Part shown: positions 9,640 through 21,522 of the stretch, piece after piece
Position numbering within the stretch: the first letter of the stretch is position 1
Layout: the number at the start of each line of letters is the position of its first letter
Source of the DNA: Candidatus Marinacidobacterales bacterium
Lineage (GTDB): Bacteria; Acidobacteriota; Vicinamibacteria; Marinacidobacterales; SMYC01
Assembly (NCBI GenBank): GCA_965224085.1
Contig: CBDCYI010000004.1
Span: forward strand, 1,248,001-1,312,000
Direction of reading: 5' to 3'
DNA: 64,000 nucleotides
Made by a program: the position numbers and the translations under genes
The notes under the pieces: generated by a model
The model's input: only the letters and a program-made list of their open reading frames with translations
What the model was told of the DNA's origin: nothing
Databases searched by the model: none

Positions 9640-10465
9640 GCTCCATATTTCCGTCCTCGGCAGCGGCAGCTCCGGCAACGTCACCTTCGTCTCCGATGGA
9701 TCGGCCCGGCTCCTCCTCGATGCCGGCCTCGCCTGCCGCGAGATCGAAAGACGCCTGAGGACCCTCGGCGTCGCCCCCCGCCACATCGACGGCGTTCTCA
9801 TCTCGCACGAGCACAGTGACCACGCGCGCGGCGCCTGGCGCTTTTGCGCAAAACACAACGCTACTCTCTATGCGACAGAAGGGACCTATCGGTGCCTCAA
9901 ACCGCTTCCGGACAAAGCGGTGGACTGGGTGCGCATCCGCTCCGGCTCGAGCAAGAAGCTCGGGCGGATGATTGTAGACTTCTTTCCGACGCCTCACGAC
10001 GCCGCAGACCCAATCGGATTCCGCATCCGGCGCGGGCGCCTCTCGTTCGGACACGTCACCGATATCGGCCACATTTCCGAGGCCGTGGTCGATGGGCTCC
10101 GCGGATGCTCGGCTATCCTCATCGAAGCGAACCACGACGTCGAGATGTTGCGCGAGAGCGACTATCCCGCATCGCTGCGCAGTCGCGTCGGGAGCCGCTT
10201 CGGACATCTTTCGAACGACGCGCTCGCGCGCTATCTCGAAGGCCGGCTACCAAACGCCGTGCGACACTTGTTCCTCGCGCACCTCTCGAAGCAGAACAAC
10301 CACGAGAAGATCGCTTTAGACTGCTGCATCGAAGCGCTCGCGCGCCGGGGCGGCCGCAAACCCAAAGTCCATCTCACCTTCGCCGACCGGCCGACGCCGC
10401 TACTTCGGTTGACGCAAAGCCGTGAGCTCTTCGAAGATGCCAAACAAGGGGTCCTAGCGTTCTAA
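9632..10465 (+). CDS. MBL-fold metallo-hydrolase (YycJ/WalJ-like)
   Basis: LGSGSSGN, SHEHSDH, TPHDA, IEANHD, GHLSN, LAHLS. Confidence 0.88.
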   Translation: MPELHISVLGSGSSGNVTFVSDGSARLLLDAGLACREIERRLRTLGVAPRHIDGVLISHEHSDHARGAWRFCAKHNATLYATEGTYRCLKPLPDKAVDWVRIRSGSSKKLGRMIVDFFPTPHDAADPIGFRIRRGRLSFGHVTDIGHISEAVVDGLRGCSAILIEANHDVEMLRESDYPASLRSRVGSRFGHLSNDALARYLEGRLPNAVRHLFLAHLSKQNNHEKIALDCCIEALARRGGRKPKVHLTFADRPTPLLRLTQSRELFEDAKQGVLAF

Positions 10466-10467
10466 AT

Positions 10468-11763
10468 ATGCTAACCGATCGTTACGTCCACCCAGAGATG
10501 GGCCGCATTTGGAGCGAAGACGCCAAGTTCGACTCTTGGATGGAAGTTGAAGTCGCAGCCGCCGAAGTCATGGCGGAAGCAGGCATCGTCCCCAAAGAGG
10601 CCGCGATCGAGATCCGGCAAAAAGCCGCCTATTCGATCGAGCGCATCGACGCGATCGAAAAAGAAGTGAAGCACGACGTCATTGCCTTCACCCAAGCGCT
10701 CGCCGAGAACGTAGGCGAGGCGGGCCGCTTCATCCATTTCGGCCTGACGAGCTACGACGTCGTGGACACGGCCCTCGGCATCCGACTTCGGGATGCAACG
10801 GATTTGATCATTCAGAATATTGACAAGCTTCTAGGCGTGCTCGAGGCCCGCGCTCGGGACCACAAGCGCACGATCATGGTCGGCCGTACCCACGGCGTCC
10901 ACGCGGAGCCCATGACCTTCGGGATGAAGCTCGCGCTCTGGTACGCCGAGATGAAGCGGAACCACACGCGCCTTTCCGCCGCCCGGGACGCGGTGGCAGT
11001 CGGGAAGCTCTCGGGCGCTGTCGGCACCTTTGCCCACTTGCCTCCCGAAATTGAAGAACGACTCTGTGAGAAGCTAGGCCTCTCCCCGGCGCCCATCTCG
11101 ACTCAAGTGCTGCAGCGCGACCGCCACGCGGAAGCGCTCTCGGCACTCGCCATCCTCGCGAGCACCCTGGACAAGATAGCAGTCGAGGTTCGCAGCCTGC
11201 AGCGAACGGAGATCCGCGAAGTCGAAGAGTTCTTCTCTGAAAAGCAAAAAGGGTCCTCGGCGATGCCGCACAAGAGGAATCCGGTCGCGAGCGAGCAAAT
11301 CTCCGGCCTCGCGCGGGTCGTGCGCGGCAACTTGCAAACCGCGCTCGAGAACGTCCCGCTCTGGAACGAGCGCGACATCTCGCACTCCTCCGCGGAGCGA
11401 ATGATCCTGCCATCGAGCTACATCCTGACGGACCACATCCTGAGGCGCGCGACCACGGTGCTCGATAACTTGATCGTCTATCCTGAGAAGATGCGGGAGA
11501 ACCTCGACTCGATGAAAGGCCTCGTCTTCAGCGGACAAGTGCTGCTCCTGATCACAAAAAAAGGCCTCGCGCGCGAGGACGCCTTTCGCCTCGTGCAGAG
11601 AAACGCGATGGACGTCTGGCAAAACAAAGGCACGTTGCGGGAGCTTCTCGGCGCGGACGAAGACGTCGCGAAGTGGCTATCGGACGAAGAGCTCGACCAG
11701 GCCTTCGATTTGGAGAAACAGATGGAGCACGTCGACGCGATTTACAAGCGGGTGTTCGGATGA
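10468..11763 (+). CDS. purB: Adenylosuccinate lyase
   Basis: HFGLTSYDVVDT, GRTHGVHAEP, GSSAMPHKRNP, ERDISHSS. Confidence 0.96.
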   Translation: MLTDRYVHPEMGRIWSEDAKFDSWMEVEVAAAEVMAEAGIVPKEAAIEIRQKAAYSIERIDAIEKEVKHDVIAFTQALAENVGEAGRFIHFGLTSYDVVDTALGIRLRDATDLIIQNIDKLLGVLEARARDHKRTIMVGRTHGVHAEPMTFGMKLALWYAEMKRNHTRLSAARDAVAVGKLSGAVGTFAHLPPEIEERLCEKLGLSPAPISTQVLQRDRHAEALSALAILASTLDKIAVEVRSLQRTEIREVEEFFSEKQKGSSAMPHKRNPVASEQISGLARVVRGNLQTALENVPLWNERDISHSSAERMILPSSYILTDHILRRATTVLDNLIVYPEKMRENLDSMKGLVFSGQVLLLITKKGLAREDAFRLVQRNAMDVWQNKGTLRELLGADEDVAKWLSDEELDQAFDLEKQMEHVDAIYKRVFG

Positions 11764-11768
11764 CGCGC

Positions 11769-12011
11769 ATGAAAGCGAACGTCGTCGTCAAGCTCAAGAG
11801 CGCTGTCCACGACCCGCAAGGCGAGACCATTCGCCACGCGCTCGAGCAGCTCGAGCTCGGCCAGATCGAGAGCGTCCGCCAGGGAAAGTTCTTCGAGCTC
11901 ACCGTCGACGCGTCGTCGAAAGAAGAGGCCGAAAAAATAGTGACAGAGATCGCTCTGCGCGTCTTGTCCAATCCAGTTCTGGAAGTCTTCCGAGTGGAGG
12001 TCGAGGACTAA
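11769..12011 (+). CDS. purS: FGAM synthase subunit PurS
   Basis: DPQG, VRQGKFFEL, LSNPVLE; lies between purB and purQ. Confidence 0.92.
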   Translation: MKANVVVKLKSAVHDPQGETIRHALEQLELGQIESVRQGKFFELTVDASSKEEAEKIVTEIALRVLSNPVLEVFRVEVED

Positions 12012-12012
12012 C

Positions 12013-12714
12013 TTGCCCCGCTTCGCTGTCTGCGTATTCCCCGGATCCAACTGCGAAGAAGACGTTCAATACGCCCTTCAGAACGTTCTCGGCGAACCTA
12101 CCGATCTCATCTGGCACAAAGACACATCCCTGGTTGGCTACGACGCCGCGATCCTCCCGGGCGGCTTCGCGCACGGCGACTATCTTCGCCCCGGCGCCGT
12201 AGCGCGCTTCTCGCCAATCATGACCGCCGTCCATAAAATGGCGGACGAGGGCAAACCTGTCGTCGGAATCTGTAACGGCTTTCAAATGCTGCAAGAGGCG
12301 GGACTCTTGCCTGGCGCCATGCTCCGAAATCAAACACTGACCTACATCTGCCGCTATCTCCATTTGCGCGCCGAGCAGCTGGACTCGCCGCTCACATTGG
12401 GTCTGAGCGAAGGCGAGCTCCTGCGCATCCCCATAGGCCACGCCGACGGCAACTACTACGCGGACGACGAAACCCTAGAAACACTCGAGCGCTGCGACCA
12501 AGTCGTCTTTCGCTACGTCAACGCGCAAGGAGCGCGCGACGACGGCGCAAATCCGAACGGCGCCGCCAACGCCATCGCCGGCGTGCGAAACGAACGCGGA
12601 AACGTCCTAGGCCTAATGCCCCACCCCGACCGCTGCTACGACAAAGCACTAGGCACCGAAGACGGCCGCAAACTCTTCGAATCCCTGGTAACCTGGACGA
12701 AGGAGCAGAGTTGA
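12013..12714 (+). CDS. purQ: FGAM synthase glutaminase subunit PurQ
   Basis: [32 protein letters not shown]. Confidence 0.95.
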   Translation: MPRFAVCVFPGSNCEEDVQYALQNVLGEPTDLIWHKDTSLVGYDAAILPGGFAHGDYLRPGAVARFSPIMTAVHKMADEGKPVVGICNGFQMLQEAGLLPGAMLRNQTLTYICRYLHLRAEQLDSPLTLGLSEGELLRIPIGHADGNYYADDETLETLERCDQVVFRYVNAQGARDDGANPNGAANAIAGVRNERGNVLGLMPHPDRCYDKALGTEDGRKLFESLVTWTKEQS

Positions 12715-14912
12715 TCGCCGAAATTCTGGAGGCGCATAACCTCACGCGCGACGAGTACGACAGAATCGTCCAGAAGCTCGGGCGCGAGCCCAACGAGAAC
12801 GAAATCGGCCTCTTCTCCGCCATGTGGTCCGAGCATTGCAGCTACAAGAGCTCGCGTGTCCACTTGAAGCGGCTTCCTACTCGCGGGCCGCGCGTTCTAC
12901 AAGGCCCAGGAGAGAACGCGGGGGTCGTCGATATTGGCCACGGCCTCGCGGCGGTCTTCAAAGTCGAATCGCACAACCACCCGTCATTTATCGAGCCCTT
13001 TCAAGGCGCTGCGACGGGTGTTGGTGGCATCATCCGCGACATCTTTACGATGGGCGCCCGTCCTGTCGCGCTCATGAACTCGCTCCGCTTCGGGCCACTA
13101 GCCGTCCCTAAGAACCGCTCGCTGCTCTCCGGCTGCGTCGCGGGGATCGCGAGCTACGGCAATAGTATGGGCATCCCGACGGTCGGCGGCGAAGTCGTCT
13201 TCGAGGATTGCTACAACTTGAACGCGCTCGTCAACGCCTTCTGTCTCGGCATCGCATCCAAAGACCGCATCTTTCTCGCGAAAGCCGAAGGCGAAGGCAA
13301 CCCTGTCTTCTACGTCGGCGCCAAGACGGGAAAAGACGGCATCCACGGCGCCACGATGGCCTCAGCGGAGTTCGACGAAGCCGCTCCCGAGAAGCGTCCC
13401 ACCGTTCAAGTCGGCGACCCTTTTCTCGAAAAGCTTCTGCTCGAAGCGTGCCTCGAGCTCATGGCGACCGACGCATTGGTCGCCATCCAGGATATGGGCG
13501 CCGCAGGGCTCACCTGCTCGACCGCCGAGATGGGCGCCCGCGGGGGCCTCGGAATAGAGATCGAGCTGAACCGCGTCCCGCAGCGCGAGGCCGGCATGAC
13601 GCCTTACGAGATCCTGCTCTCGGAATCGCAAGAGCGCATGCTCCTCGTCGCCAAAGCGGGGCGGGAAGCGGAAGTCGAAGCCATTTTCGAGAAATGGGAC
13701 CTCGACGCCGCCGCGATCGGCAAGGTCACGGGCGATGGCTTGCTCCGCGTGCTCGCGGCCGGAAAGACCGTCGCGGAAGTGCCGAACCGAGCACTCGTCG
13801 ATGAAGGTCCCGTCTATGAGCGGCCCATGAAGCGCCCGGTCTATCTCGACGCGATCAAAGCCGTCGACCTTCCCGAGCCGACGGATCTCGAAGAGACCTT
13901 CGTCCGCATGCTCGGAAGCCACACGATCGCGAGCAAGCACTCGATCTTCGAGCAATATGACCACATGGTGCGGAGCAACACGATCGTGATGCCGGGAGGC
14001 GATGCGGGTGTTATCCGCATCAAAGGCACGCCGATGGCGCTCGCGATGTGTCTCGACGGCAACGGCCGCTACACCTATCTCGATCCTTACTTAGGTGGTG
14101 CGGCCGCAGTCGCGGAAGCGTGCCGCAATATCGCCGCAGTCGGCGCGACGCCCGTCGGCGCGACCAATTGCCTCAACTTCGGTAATCCCGAGAAGCCCGA
14201 GATCATGTGGCAGTTCGCCCGGGCCGTGGACGGTATCCGGGATGCTTGCGAGCGCTTCGACGTGCCGATAACCGGCGGCAATGTCAGCTTCTACAACGAG
14301 ACCGAAGGCGAAGGCATCTACCCGACACCCGTCGTCGGTGTTGTCGGGCTTCTCGAAGACGCTAGCCAACGCGTAACGCATCATTTTGAAGCGGGCGGTG
14401 ACATTATTTACTTGATGGGCGACACCAACGAAGAGCTCGGGGCGAGCGAATACTTGAAGCTCGTACACGGGCGAAACGACGGAAGCCCGCCACGGCTCGA
14501 TCTCGACACGGAAGCCGCGCTTCAGAAGTTTACGCTTGATGCGGCTTCGCGCGGGCTTTTGCACTCGGCACACGATTTGAGCGATGGCGGGCTAGGCGTC
14601 GCGATCGCGGAAAGCCTCTTTGGCCCACTCGGGGAGACGATGGGAGCGTCCATCGCTCTCGAGACCCCGCGGCGCGCGGATGGCGTGTTGTTTTCCGAGA
14701 CGCAAAGCCGGATACTCACGAGTGTCCCCCCTGCCTCGGCGGACGCCTTGCTCGCCCTCGCCGAGTTGCACGGTGTACTCGTCAAGCGCATCGGCATGAC
14801 GGGGGGCGACGCGCTCGAGATACGCGTGAACGGCGCGTCCGCCATCTCGAACAAGGTCGACGACTTACGCGACGTCTGGTGGAACGCGATCGAAAAGGGG
14901 CTCGCCTCATGA
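12711..14912 (+). CDS. purL: FGAM synthase subunit PurL
   Basis: [49 protein letters not shown]. Confidence 0.96.
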   Translation: MIAEILEAHNLTRDEYDRIVQKLGREPNENEIGLFSAMWSEHCSYKSSRVHLKRLPTRGPRVLQGPGENAGVVDIGHGLAAVFKVESHNHPSFIEPFQGAATGVGGIIRDIFTMGARPVALMNSLRFGPLAVPKNRSLLSGCVAGIASYGNSMGIPTVGGEVVFEDCYNLNALVNAFCLGIASKDRIFLAKAEGEGNPVFYVGAKTGKDGIHGATMASAEFDEAAPEKRPTVQVGDPFLEKLLLEACLELMATDALVAIQDMGAAGLTCSTAEMGARGGLGIEIELNRVPQREAGMTPYEILLSESQERMLLVAKAGREAEVEAIFEKWDLDAAAIGKVTGDGLLRVLAAGKTVAEVPNRALVDEGPVYERPMKRPVYLDAIKAVDLPEPTDLEETFVRMLGSHTIASKHSIFEQYDHMVRSNTIVMPGGDAGVIRIKGTPMALAMCLDGNGRYTYLDPYLGGAAAVAEACRNIAAVGATPVGATNCLNFGNPEKPEIMWQFARAVDGIRDACERFDVPITGGNVSFYNETEGEGIYPTPVVGVVGLLEDASQRVTHHFEAGGDIIYLMGDTNEELGASEYLKLVHGRNDGSPPRLDLDTEAALQKFTLDAASRGLLHSAHDLSDGGLGVAIAESLFGPLGETMGASIALETPRRADGVLFSETQSRILTSVPPASADALLALAELHGVLVKRIGMTGGDALEIRVNGASAISNKVDDLRDVWWNAIEKGLAS

Positions 14913-16321
14913 GAACGATGAGTGGTTTCAAAGACGAATGCGCCATTTTCGGGATCTTCGGCCACCCCGACGCCGCACGCGTCACCTATCTCGGCCTCTA
15001 TGCGATGCAGCACCGCGGCCAGGAAGCCGCCGGCATCGTGAGCTCGAGCCCGACCGGCTTTAAAAGCCGCAAACGCCGAGGCTACGTCGCCGACATCTTC
15101 GACGAAGCCTCGCTCGAGAAGCTCGAAGGCACGAGCGCCATCGGACATGCCCGCTACTCGACGTCCGGCGAGAACAACGATTCCAATACACAGCCCATCT
15201 ACATCGAGTGCAAGTTCGGCGAGATCGCCGTCTGCCACAACGGAAATCTCGTCAACGCCCATCTTCTCAGACACGAGCTCGTCGAGCACGGCTCGATCTT
15301 CCGCACGACGAGTGACACCGAAGTCATCCTCCACCTCTACGCCAAATCGATGCAGCGCAATCGTGAGGATGCCATCTTCGACGCGGTTCGCACCGTGTCG
15401 GGCGCTTTCTCGCTGCTGTTCCAAACGCCCGACGCCATCGTCGGCGTACGCGACGCGAGAGGGTTTCGTCCGCTCGTCCTCGGCAAGCTCGGCGAAAGCT
15501 ACGTGCTGTGCTCGGAGACTTGCGCCCTCGACCTCATCGACGCCGAATATGTTCGGGACGTTGCGCCCGGCGAGATGGTCATGATCGACAAAAGCGGCGT
15601 GAGATCTCTCCGACCCTTCAGCGAAGTGCAGCCATCGCAGTGCATCTTCGAGCACGTTTACTTCGCCCGCCCCGACAGTTATGTGTTCGGCCGAGACGTC
15701 CACGCGACGCGTCTCGCGATGGGCCGGCAACTCGCACGCGAAACCCCCGTCGACGCCGACGTGGTGGTGCCCGTTCCCGATTCAGGCGTGGTAGCCGCCG
15801 TCGGCTATTCGCAAGAATCCGGCCTCCCCATGGAGTTTGGCCTCATCCGCAATCACTATGTCGGCCGAACGTTCATCGAGCCCCGTCAATCCATCCGCCA
15901 TTTCGGTGTGAAGGTCAAGCTGAACCCGGTGCGCTCCGTCATCGAAGGCCGCCGCATCATTCTCATCGACGACTCCATCGTGCGCGGCACGACGAGCCGC
16001 AAAATCGTAGGCATGGTAAGAAAAGCCGGCGCCGCCGAGGTGCACTTCCGGGTCTCGTCCCCGCCGACGACGGGCCCCTGCCACTACGGCATCGACACGC
16101 CGAAGCGCGAAGAGCTCATCGCCTCGACCCACAGCATCGAGGAGATCAAGGAATACATCGACGCCAACAGCGTCGGCTACCTCTCGCATGATGGCCTGCT
16201 GGGAGCGGTCGCCGAGGACCGCGACCGCTACTGCTCGGCGTGCTTCTCCGGCAACTACCCGATCGAGCTGCCCACCCAAGGCCGCGACCAGCTCAAGCTT
16301 TTCCAAAAAGTCCGCGATTAA
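14909..16321 (+). CDS. purF: Amidophosphoribosyltransferase
   Basis: Propeptide ending KDE-C; [41 protein letters not shown]. Confidence 0.96.
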   Translation: MRTMSGFKDECAIFGIFGHPDAARVTYLGLYAMQHRGQEAAGIVSSSPTGFKSRKRRGYVADIFDEASLEKLEGTSAIGHARYSTSGENNDSNTQPIYIECKFGEIAVCHNGNLVNAHLLRHELVEHGSIFRTTSDTEVILHLYAKSMQRNREDAIFDAVRTVSGAFSLLFQTPDAIVGVRDARGFRPLVLGKLGESYVLCSETCALDLIDAEYVRDVAPGEMVMIDKSGVRSLRPFSEVQPSQCIFEHVYFARPDSYVFGRDVHATRLAMGRQLARETPVDADVVVPVPDSGVVAAVGYSQESGLPMEFGLIRNHYVGRTFIEPRQSIRHFGVKVKLNPVRSVIEGRRIILIDDSIVRGTTSRKIVGMVRKAGAAEVHFRVSSPPTTGPCHYGIDTPKREELIASTHSIEEIKEYIDANSVGYLSHDGLLGAVAEDRDRYCSACFSGNYPIELPTQGRDQLKLFQKVRD

Positions 16322-16422
16322 GGACCCTCCCGCTTGCGTGAGAGCACGGCGGACGATCCGACGCCGCCGAATATCTCGCCCTCCATGGAATCGGCTCGCA
16401 TAAAATGCGTGTGGACTTCGTC

Positions 16423-16503
16423 ATGACCTTACTCTCGGACGTGCGCCACGCGTGGCGTAGCATGCGACGCACGCGCAAGGCCTGCAGGTTCTCCGAACGC
16501 TGA
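16423..16503 (+). pseudogene. Short N-terminal remnant of an ADOP-type ABC permease
   Basis: MTLLSDVRHAWRSMRRT matches the LxxDxRxAxRxxxR start typical of acidobacterial ADOP permeases, then homology is lost. Confidence 0.5.
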
Positions 16504-16713
16504 CAGATGAAATCAATAAGAGTCGCGGCGTGAACTACTCCCTCTCGTGGAGAGTGCTGTCGACGTGGGCAAACCTCCACACCGCGCGCATGGTCGACGC
16601 TTAACTATTACCGAAGAGCACAGCTCGAGGGTGGACGGGATCTCGAAACTCGGGATGACCGTCCGAAGGGCGGAACTCGCGCTCGGCTTTCCGCTTTTGC
16701 GCATCGTGTCCAG

Positions 16714-18603
16714 TCAAGATTTCTTCGGGCCACGCCGCCCACGGGGGGGCTTTTCTGTGAGCTGGCGGTCCGCATAAGCGGCCACTTCGACCATTTGCTC
16801 GAGCGGCTCGGTGAGCCTCGGATCTTGAGTCGAGCGCAGCACGGTTTCTTTCGCGAACAGCATCGCGAGATAGCGGAGCTTCAGCGCTGGCCGGCTCGAG
16901 TTCGCGCGGTAGTCCGGATGGCCCTTATTGACTTGCCAGCGCCCTTCGAGAACCCGTGAGCGCCACTTCGCGCCGGCTTGATCGACGAGCTCCGGCTCCG
17001 GAATGCCCTCGTCCGAGCTCGTCGCGACCTCTTCGACGACTTCGACGGGTACAGCGGCCGAGGCTTCGCTCTCTGTGCTCGCTTGCTTCGCATGCACCGA
17101 GAGGATACCTTCGCTGACCGTTTCGCCCGCGACGAAGACGGCACGTCTCGGAATGTCATCCAGCTCACGAAGGTTACCCACCTGGCCCCACAGCTCCCAC
17201 GTGAGCTCGATGCCGTCGGGAATGGCTCTTCCATCCGCATCGAGTGCTTTGGCGTGCACGGTCGCTTCCTCGTTGATCGCGACGACGAGGCGCTGCGGTG
17301 ACACCGCCACCGACTCGAGAGGACCGGGCGGAAAAAGCGACGGCGCCGTCGCGTTCTCCTCCTCTTTGAAGGGTGCGTCCGCAAGCTCGACGTCCTGGGC
17401 GGGCATGCCCGCAGACACCGCTTTCGGCGCTCCTTCTCCTTTTTTCTCCGTGGGAAGCATCGTGTAGCTCGGCCGCTTCTTGTAAAAGTCGCGAAAGGCA
17501 CGCTGCAGATCGCGAATCACGGTTTTGTCGAGCTGCTCAGCGCGCTCGCGCTCTTTGGTCTCGACGAGGCTCGACAAGACCTGCTCGATTTCGGCGAGCG
17601 CCGTGGCGAAGGCGTGGGCGACTTCGTCGGGGATGACGCCGCGGCGGCTACCGGGCGCGACGCGAAGCTCCGAGAAATCCACCAGCCCGGTCAAGCTCGG
17701 ATCCGTCCACGGCGCATGGTCGAGCTCGAGCGCTGCGAGCTCGACGAAGCTTTCGGCGACCACCGTCCCGGCCGCATAGAGCGCGAGGGGCGCGTGGCGC
17801 CCGTCTTCGCCGTCTTTGCCGGCGAGGTAGATCTCGAACCGAACGGGCGCGTGAGGATAGCCGGGCACGTCCACCGGCCCGAGCCCTTCGAGCCGCTCGC
17901 CGAGAAACCGAGGCGGCCTCACGCGCAAGGATTTCGGCGAACGTCCGCGCGCCATCCGATCTTCGACGACGACTTCGACCTTGCGCGCAAGAAGCTGACC
18001 ACGGAGCTCTCCCGCAAGATAGTCGGTCGCGCGGCGCGCGGACACCGCAGCAGAAGCTTCCTTGGTGAGGTTCACGACGACCACTTTCGTGAAACGCTCG
18101 TCGAAATCGAGACGACCCCGCAGACGTCCGATCGTGAACTGGGGCCGGTCGCGGTGAAACACGAGGCGATGGGGCTCTTGCCCAGGAACGTGCGAGCGGA
18201 TCTCGAGTGTCTCGCCAAGACTCCAGAATCCGAGAAGCCCGATACCGTATTGGCCTTGCGTCATGAGCTCGAACCGCTGCTGTGGGGACAATTCGCGTTT
18301 GCGGCTATGGCCGATATGGGTGGCGATGTAGCGCAGCGCTTCCTTGCGCGGAAGCTCCGGAATGACCCCTTCGCCGTCGTCGAAGATCTTCAGGCAAGGT
18401 ACTTTCTTCTCGCGAACGCGCTTAATACGGATGTGCCTAGCGCCGGCATCGAGGCTATTCTGGACGAGCTCGGCCAAAGCCTTGCGCGGGTCGGGCTGAC
18501 TCAACGCGAGCCAGCGGATGAACTCGAACGCGTCGTGAACCCGCACCCGCCCCTTCTCCACGGCGCTCTCGCGACTCTTTTTCTTGCGCGTCTTCTTCGT
18601 CAT
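16714..18603 (-). CDS. MORC-like GHKL ATPase with transducer domain, Ig-like domain and HSP90/MORC-like C-terminus
   Basis: ALAELVQNSLDA (ExxxNxxD), DDGEG, GQYGIG, T..VV; later PLESVAVSPQ...AKALDADG...LTW (Ig-like) and VNKGHPDY. Confidence 0.8.
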   Translation of the reverse strand: MTKKTRKKKSRESAVEKGRVRVHDAFEFIRWLALSQPDPRKALAELVQNSLDAGARHIRIKRVREKKVPCLKIFDDGEGVIPELPRKEALRYIATHIGHSRKRELSPQQRFELMTQGQYGIGLLGFWSLGETLEIRSHVPGQEPHRLVFHRDRPQFTIGRLRGRLDFDERFTKVVVVNLTKEASAAVSARRATDYLAGELRGQLLARKVEVVVEDRMARGRSPKSLRVRPPRFLGERLEGLGPVDVPGYPHAPVRFEIYLAGKDGEDGRHAPLALYAAGTVVAESFVELAALELDHAPWTDPSLTGLVDFSELRVAPGSRRGVIPDEVAHAFATALAEIEQVLSSLVETKERERAEQLDKTVIRDLQRAFRDFYKKRPSYTMLPTEKKGEGAPKAVSAGMPAQDVELADAPFKEEENATAPSLFPPGPLESVAVSPQRLVVAINEEATVHAKALDADGRAIPDGIELTWELWGQVGNLRELDDIPRRAVFVAGETVSEGILSVHAKQASTESEASAAVPVEVVEEVATSSDEGIPEPELVDQAGAKWRSRVLEGRWQVNKGHPDYRANSSRPALKLRYLAMLFAKETVLRSTQDPRLTEPLEQMVEVAAYADRQLTEKPPRGRRGPKKS

Positions 18604-18742
18604 GCGAGGCTGTCGACAAACGTTTCGATCCTGCCTAGCGCTTCCGCGATCCGGCCCTCGGGCTGAAGCAGCGAGATGCGGACGAAGTGTTTCCACGGGA
18701 GCTCCTCGACGCGCGCAGCGAGCGCTCGTTTGATGGCGTCAC

Positions 18743-19471
18743 TCATGTGGTCCATCCTTGACGTAGCAACTCCTCGCTAAACTTGTCCGCCTCGAAGCGT
18801 TTTCCCGTCGGGTTGCCTCGGGCCAGTGCTAGCAGCACGAACGCGTTAGCGATCGCGTCTGCGTCTTGCCACGCGCGCGCGCTGAGCGGTACCGCCGACT
18901 CTTCATCGTCGGTCATCATCGTCGGCTTGATACGAAGACCCGGCGTGATCGAGTTGACGCTCACCGGCGCTCCTTTGAGATCTGCCGCAAGCGCCCGCGT
19001 CAGTCCTTCGATGCCGAATTTCGAGGCGCAGTAAGCGGTTTCCTTCTCGAATCCGAGAACACCCGCGCGGGACGATACATTAATAATAGAGCCGCCGCCC
19101 GCCTCGAGCAGCGCAGGCAAGAAACCGCGGCAAAGAAGAAACGGCGCCGTGAGGTTGGTCGCGATCGTCTCGTCCCACGCTGCGTCGGTGACCTCGTCAT
19201 ACAAGCTCACCTTCAGGATCGCGGCGTTGTTGACGAGGACGTCGATTGTGCCCGCCTCGGCCAGCACGTCGTTCACGAAACGAGCGCAGGCTTCCCGGTC
19301 TCTCAAGTCCACTTCGAAGCGCCTCGCGGCCTCGAGCGCAGGGTCCTCGATGGGGATGCGGTCGCAGAGAAAAAGCGCGGCCCCTTCACGAGCGTACCCA
19401 CGTGCGACCGCGCGGCCGAGTCCGCGGGCCACGCCCGTGACGACAGCCGTCATTCCCGCGAGCCGTGCCAT
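18743..19471 (-). CDS. SDR family oxidoreductase
   Basis: TGVARGLG, LVNNAA, NVSS, YCASK. Confidence 0.9.
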   Translation of the reverse strand: MARLAGMTAVVTGVARGLGRAVARGYAREGAALFLCDRIPIEDPALEAARRFEVDLRDREACARFVNDVLAEAGTIDVLVNNAAILKVSLYDEVTDAAWDETIATNLTAPFLLCRGFLPALLEAGGGSIINVSSRAGVLGFEKETAYCASKFGIEGLTRALAADLKGAPVSVNSITPGLRIKPTMMTDDEESAVPLSARAWQDADAIANAFVLLALARGNPTGKRFEADKFSEELLRQGWTT

Positions 19472-20521
19472 TAGAGCAGCTGCCGTAGGGGGTAGGCGGT
19501 CGCGAAGCCGAGATAATTCCCAACCCCGTAGCCGAAGATACCGACGATGATCCCAGGCGTGACGAGCTCGTTCCATTTCATGGCCATACCGAGCGCGAGC
19601 GCCGAGCCCGGTCCGCCGATGGCCGCTTGGCTCGCGATCGTCAGCGTCGGCAAGTCGAGCCGCGCGAGAAAGCCAAGGCCGTAGACGAAGAGCGCATGGA
19701 CCGCGAGATGGCGAGCATGTAGACAAAGAGCACCGGACCCGCATTCGCCGCCTCCCGGACATCGGAAACCGCGCCGATAACGATAAAAAAGAGATGCAGC
19801 GCGAAATAGGAGAGGACCGCCGCGCCTCGGAGGCGGTGGACGATGGGAAGCTGCGCCGCTACGAGAGCGAGCGTTGTCAAGCAGAGGACTTGGCCGGGAC
19901 CGCTGGCACCGACACGCTCTGCGATCCATAGGAATGCGAGCGGAAGCGCGGCAAGCCACGCGAGATCGGTGATGCTGAGCTTGGTCTCGGACCAAGCCTT
20001 GGGCGCGTCTTCGCTCTTCGTCTCCGAGCCGCCCGCGTGGCTCGCGCTTCGATAGTATGCGGCGAGGAGCGAAAAGAGCCCGACCTGCGCAAGCATCCAC
20101 GGTACGGTGGACAGGTTGTCCGACACGAACGCCGCGGCAAAGAGGCTCTCGGACATGTCGAGCCCATGCCCCACGGCCGCGAAATTCATGCCGCCACCCC
20201 AAAAGCCCCGGCAAACGTCCCTGCGAGCTTCCAAGTCTCGGGCCCGAGACTCGACGCGAAGGCGAAGCTCGCGACGACGGCGCCCACGAAGGTGCTGGCG
20301 CCCGCGAGCACGATCGCGTACGGGACAGCGTAGGTTGAAACACCTGCAAGGACGGCAGAGTCGTGCGGGATGACGCCGATATTCGCGAGCAGGATGCCGA
20401 GCCGCGTGCAGACAACGGCGGAGCTTACCTTTTGGACGAAGGCGAAACGGCCTTCGAGAAAACGCGCGAACGCCACCAGGAGGAACATAAAGGCGAGAAG
20501 CGCGGTAGGCTCGGTGATCAT
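19471..20521 (-). pseudogene. DUF819 family membrane protein split over three frames
   Basis: LGILLANIGVIP / GGGMNFAAV / ASQAAIGGPGSALALG...PGIIVGIFGYGVGNYLG fall in different frames; shifts near 20200 and 19710. Confidence 0.78.
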
Positions 20522-20523
20522 GG

Positions 20524-21522
20524 TCAACCGATTGATCGTCGTTCCGCATTACCGCAAAAAAGCGTCCAATCTCCTGCCGTTGTGCTCGGATAGGTACGGA
20601 AGCCGAACAAGACACCCGTGCAAGGTGCCTTGAGCTCTTCGACGGTCTCGCCAAACAAATCCGCGAGCGTCAAGAGCACTTCGCCTTCAGTGATGGGTTT
20701 CTTGAGCTTGTTCCGCGGGAGGTCCTGGTTGGGAAGCAGGATGCCGCTTCTCGACGCCATGACCGCAATCTGGCTGCCGCGCCACGCGGTGTCGGCATAG
20801 GTCGCGTCGCCGTCGACCATGTCGTAGTGGCGGCAGACGTTCAGGAGCGCGCGCCCGAGCACGTCGACGTTATGCTTTAGCGCATCGGGCATGAGCGTAG
20901 CGCTTCCGCCGAACTCGACCGTGATGGCGATCTTGCCGCGATCGACCATCGCTGCCATGGGCGATCCCACCGGGTGCGGCGTGTCGAGAATGATCTCCCA
21001 TCCCTCGCCCATCGCGCGCGCCAGCTCGAGGCTCTTGTCGTCGCCGGACTTCGTGAAGATCGTCTCTCCGAGATAACAGATGTTGCCACCCGAGTGGATC
21101 GTCATCTCCATGTCGGCGAGCTTGCCGACTTCTTCGTTGTGAACATGTGCGATACGGTCCGTGAGATAACCCGCGGGCTTTCCCGGATACATCCGGTTCA
21201 TGTCGAACGTGTGCGAGTCGCGCGGGTTACCACGTGACATCGCCTCGAAAGCACCGACATTCATGACAGGGACACCGATGAACGTGCCGCGAAGATTCTT
21301 TGGGTCGAGCTTCTTTGCGACTTCGATGATGGAGAGCGTCCCTTCTTGCTCGTCGCCGTGAATGCCGCCATCCACGAGAAGAACAGGTCCGTCTTTCGCG
21401 CCGTTGACGACGATCACGGGAAAGCCAAGATCGCTGCCGTCGACGCGAGACACAGCCGGAACCATTCCGGAGATTCTCGTCCCGGCTTCACAACGTAGGG
21501 GTCCGATGTTGATGGTGCTCAT
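20524..21522 (-). CDS. Succinylglutamate desuccinylase/aspartoacylase (M14-like) hydrolase
   Basis: GGIHGDE, DMNRMYPG, IHSGG, ITVEFGG, C-terminal biotinyl-like domain. Confidence 0.88.
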   Translation of the reverse strand: MSTINIGPLRCEAGTRISGMVPAVSRVDGSDLGFPVIVVNGAKDGPVLLVDGGIHGDEQEGTLSIIEVAKKLDPKNLRGTFIGVPVMNVGAFEAMSRGNPRDSHTFDMNRMYPGKPAGYLTDRIAHVHNEEVGKLADMEMTIHSGGNICYLGETIFTKSGDDKSLELARAMGEGWEIILDTPHPVGSPMAAMVDRGKIAITVEFGGSATLMPDALKHNVDVLGRALLNVCRHYDMVDGDATYADTAWRGSQIAVMASRSGILLPNQDLPRNKLKKPITEGEVLLTLADLFGETVEELKAPCTGVLFGFRTYPSTTAGDWTLFCGNAERRSIG

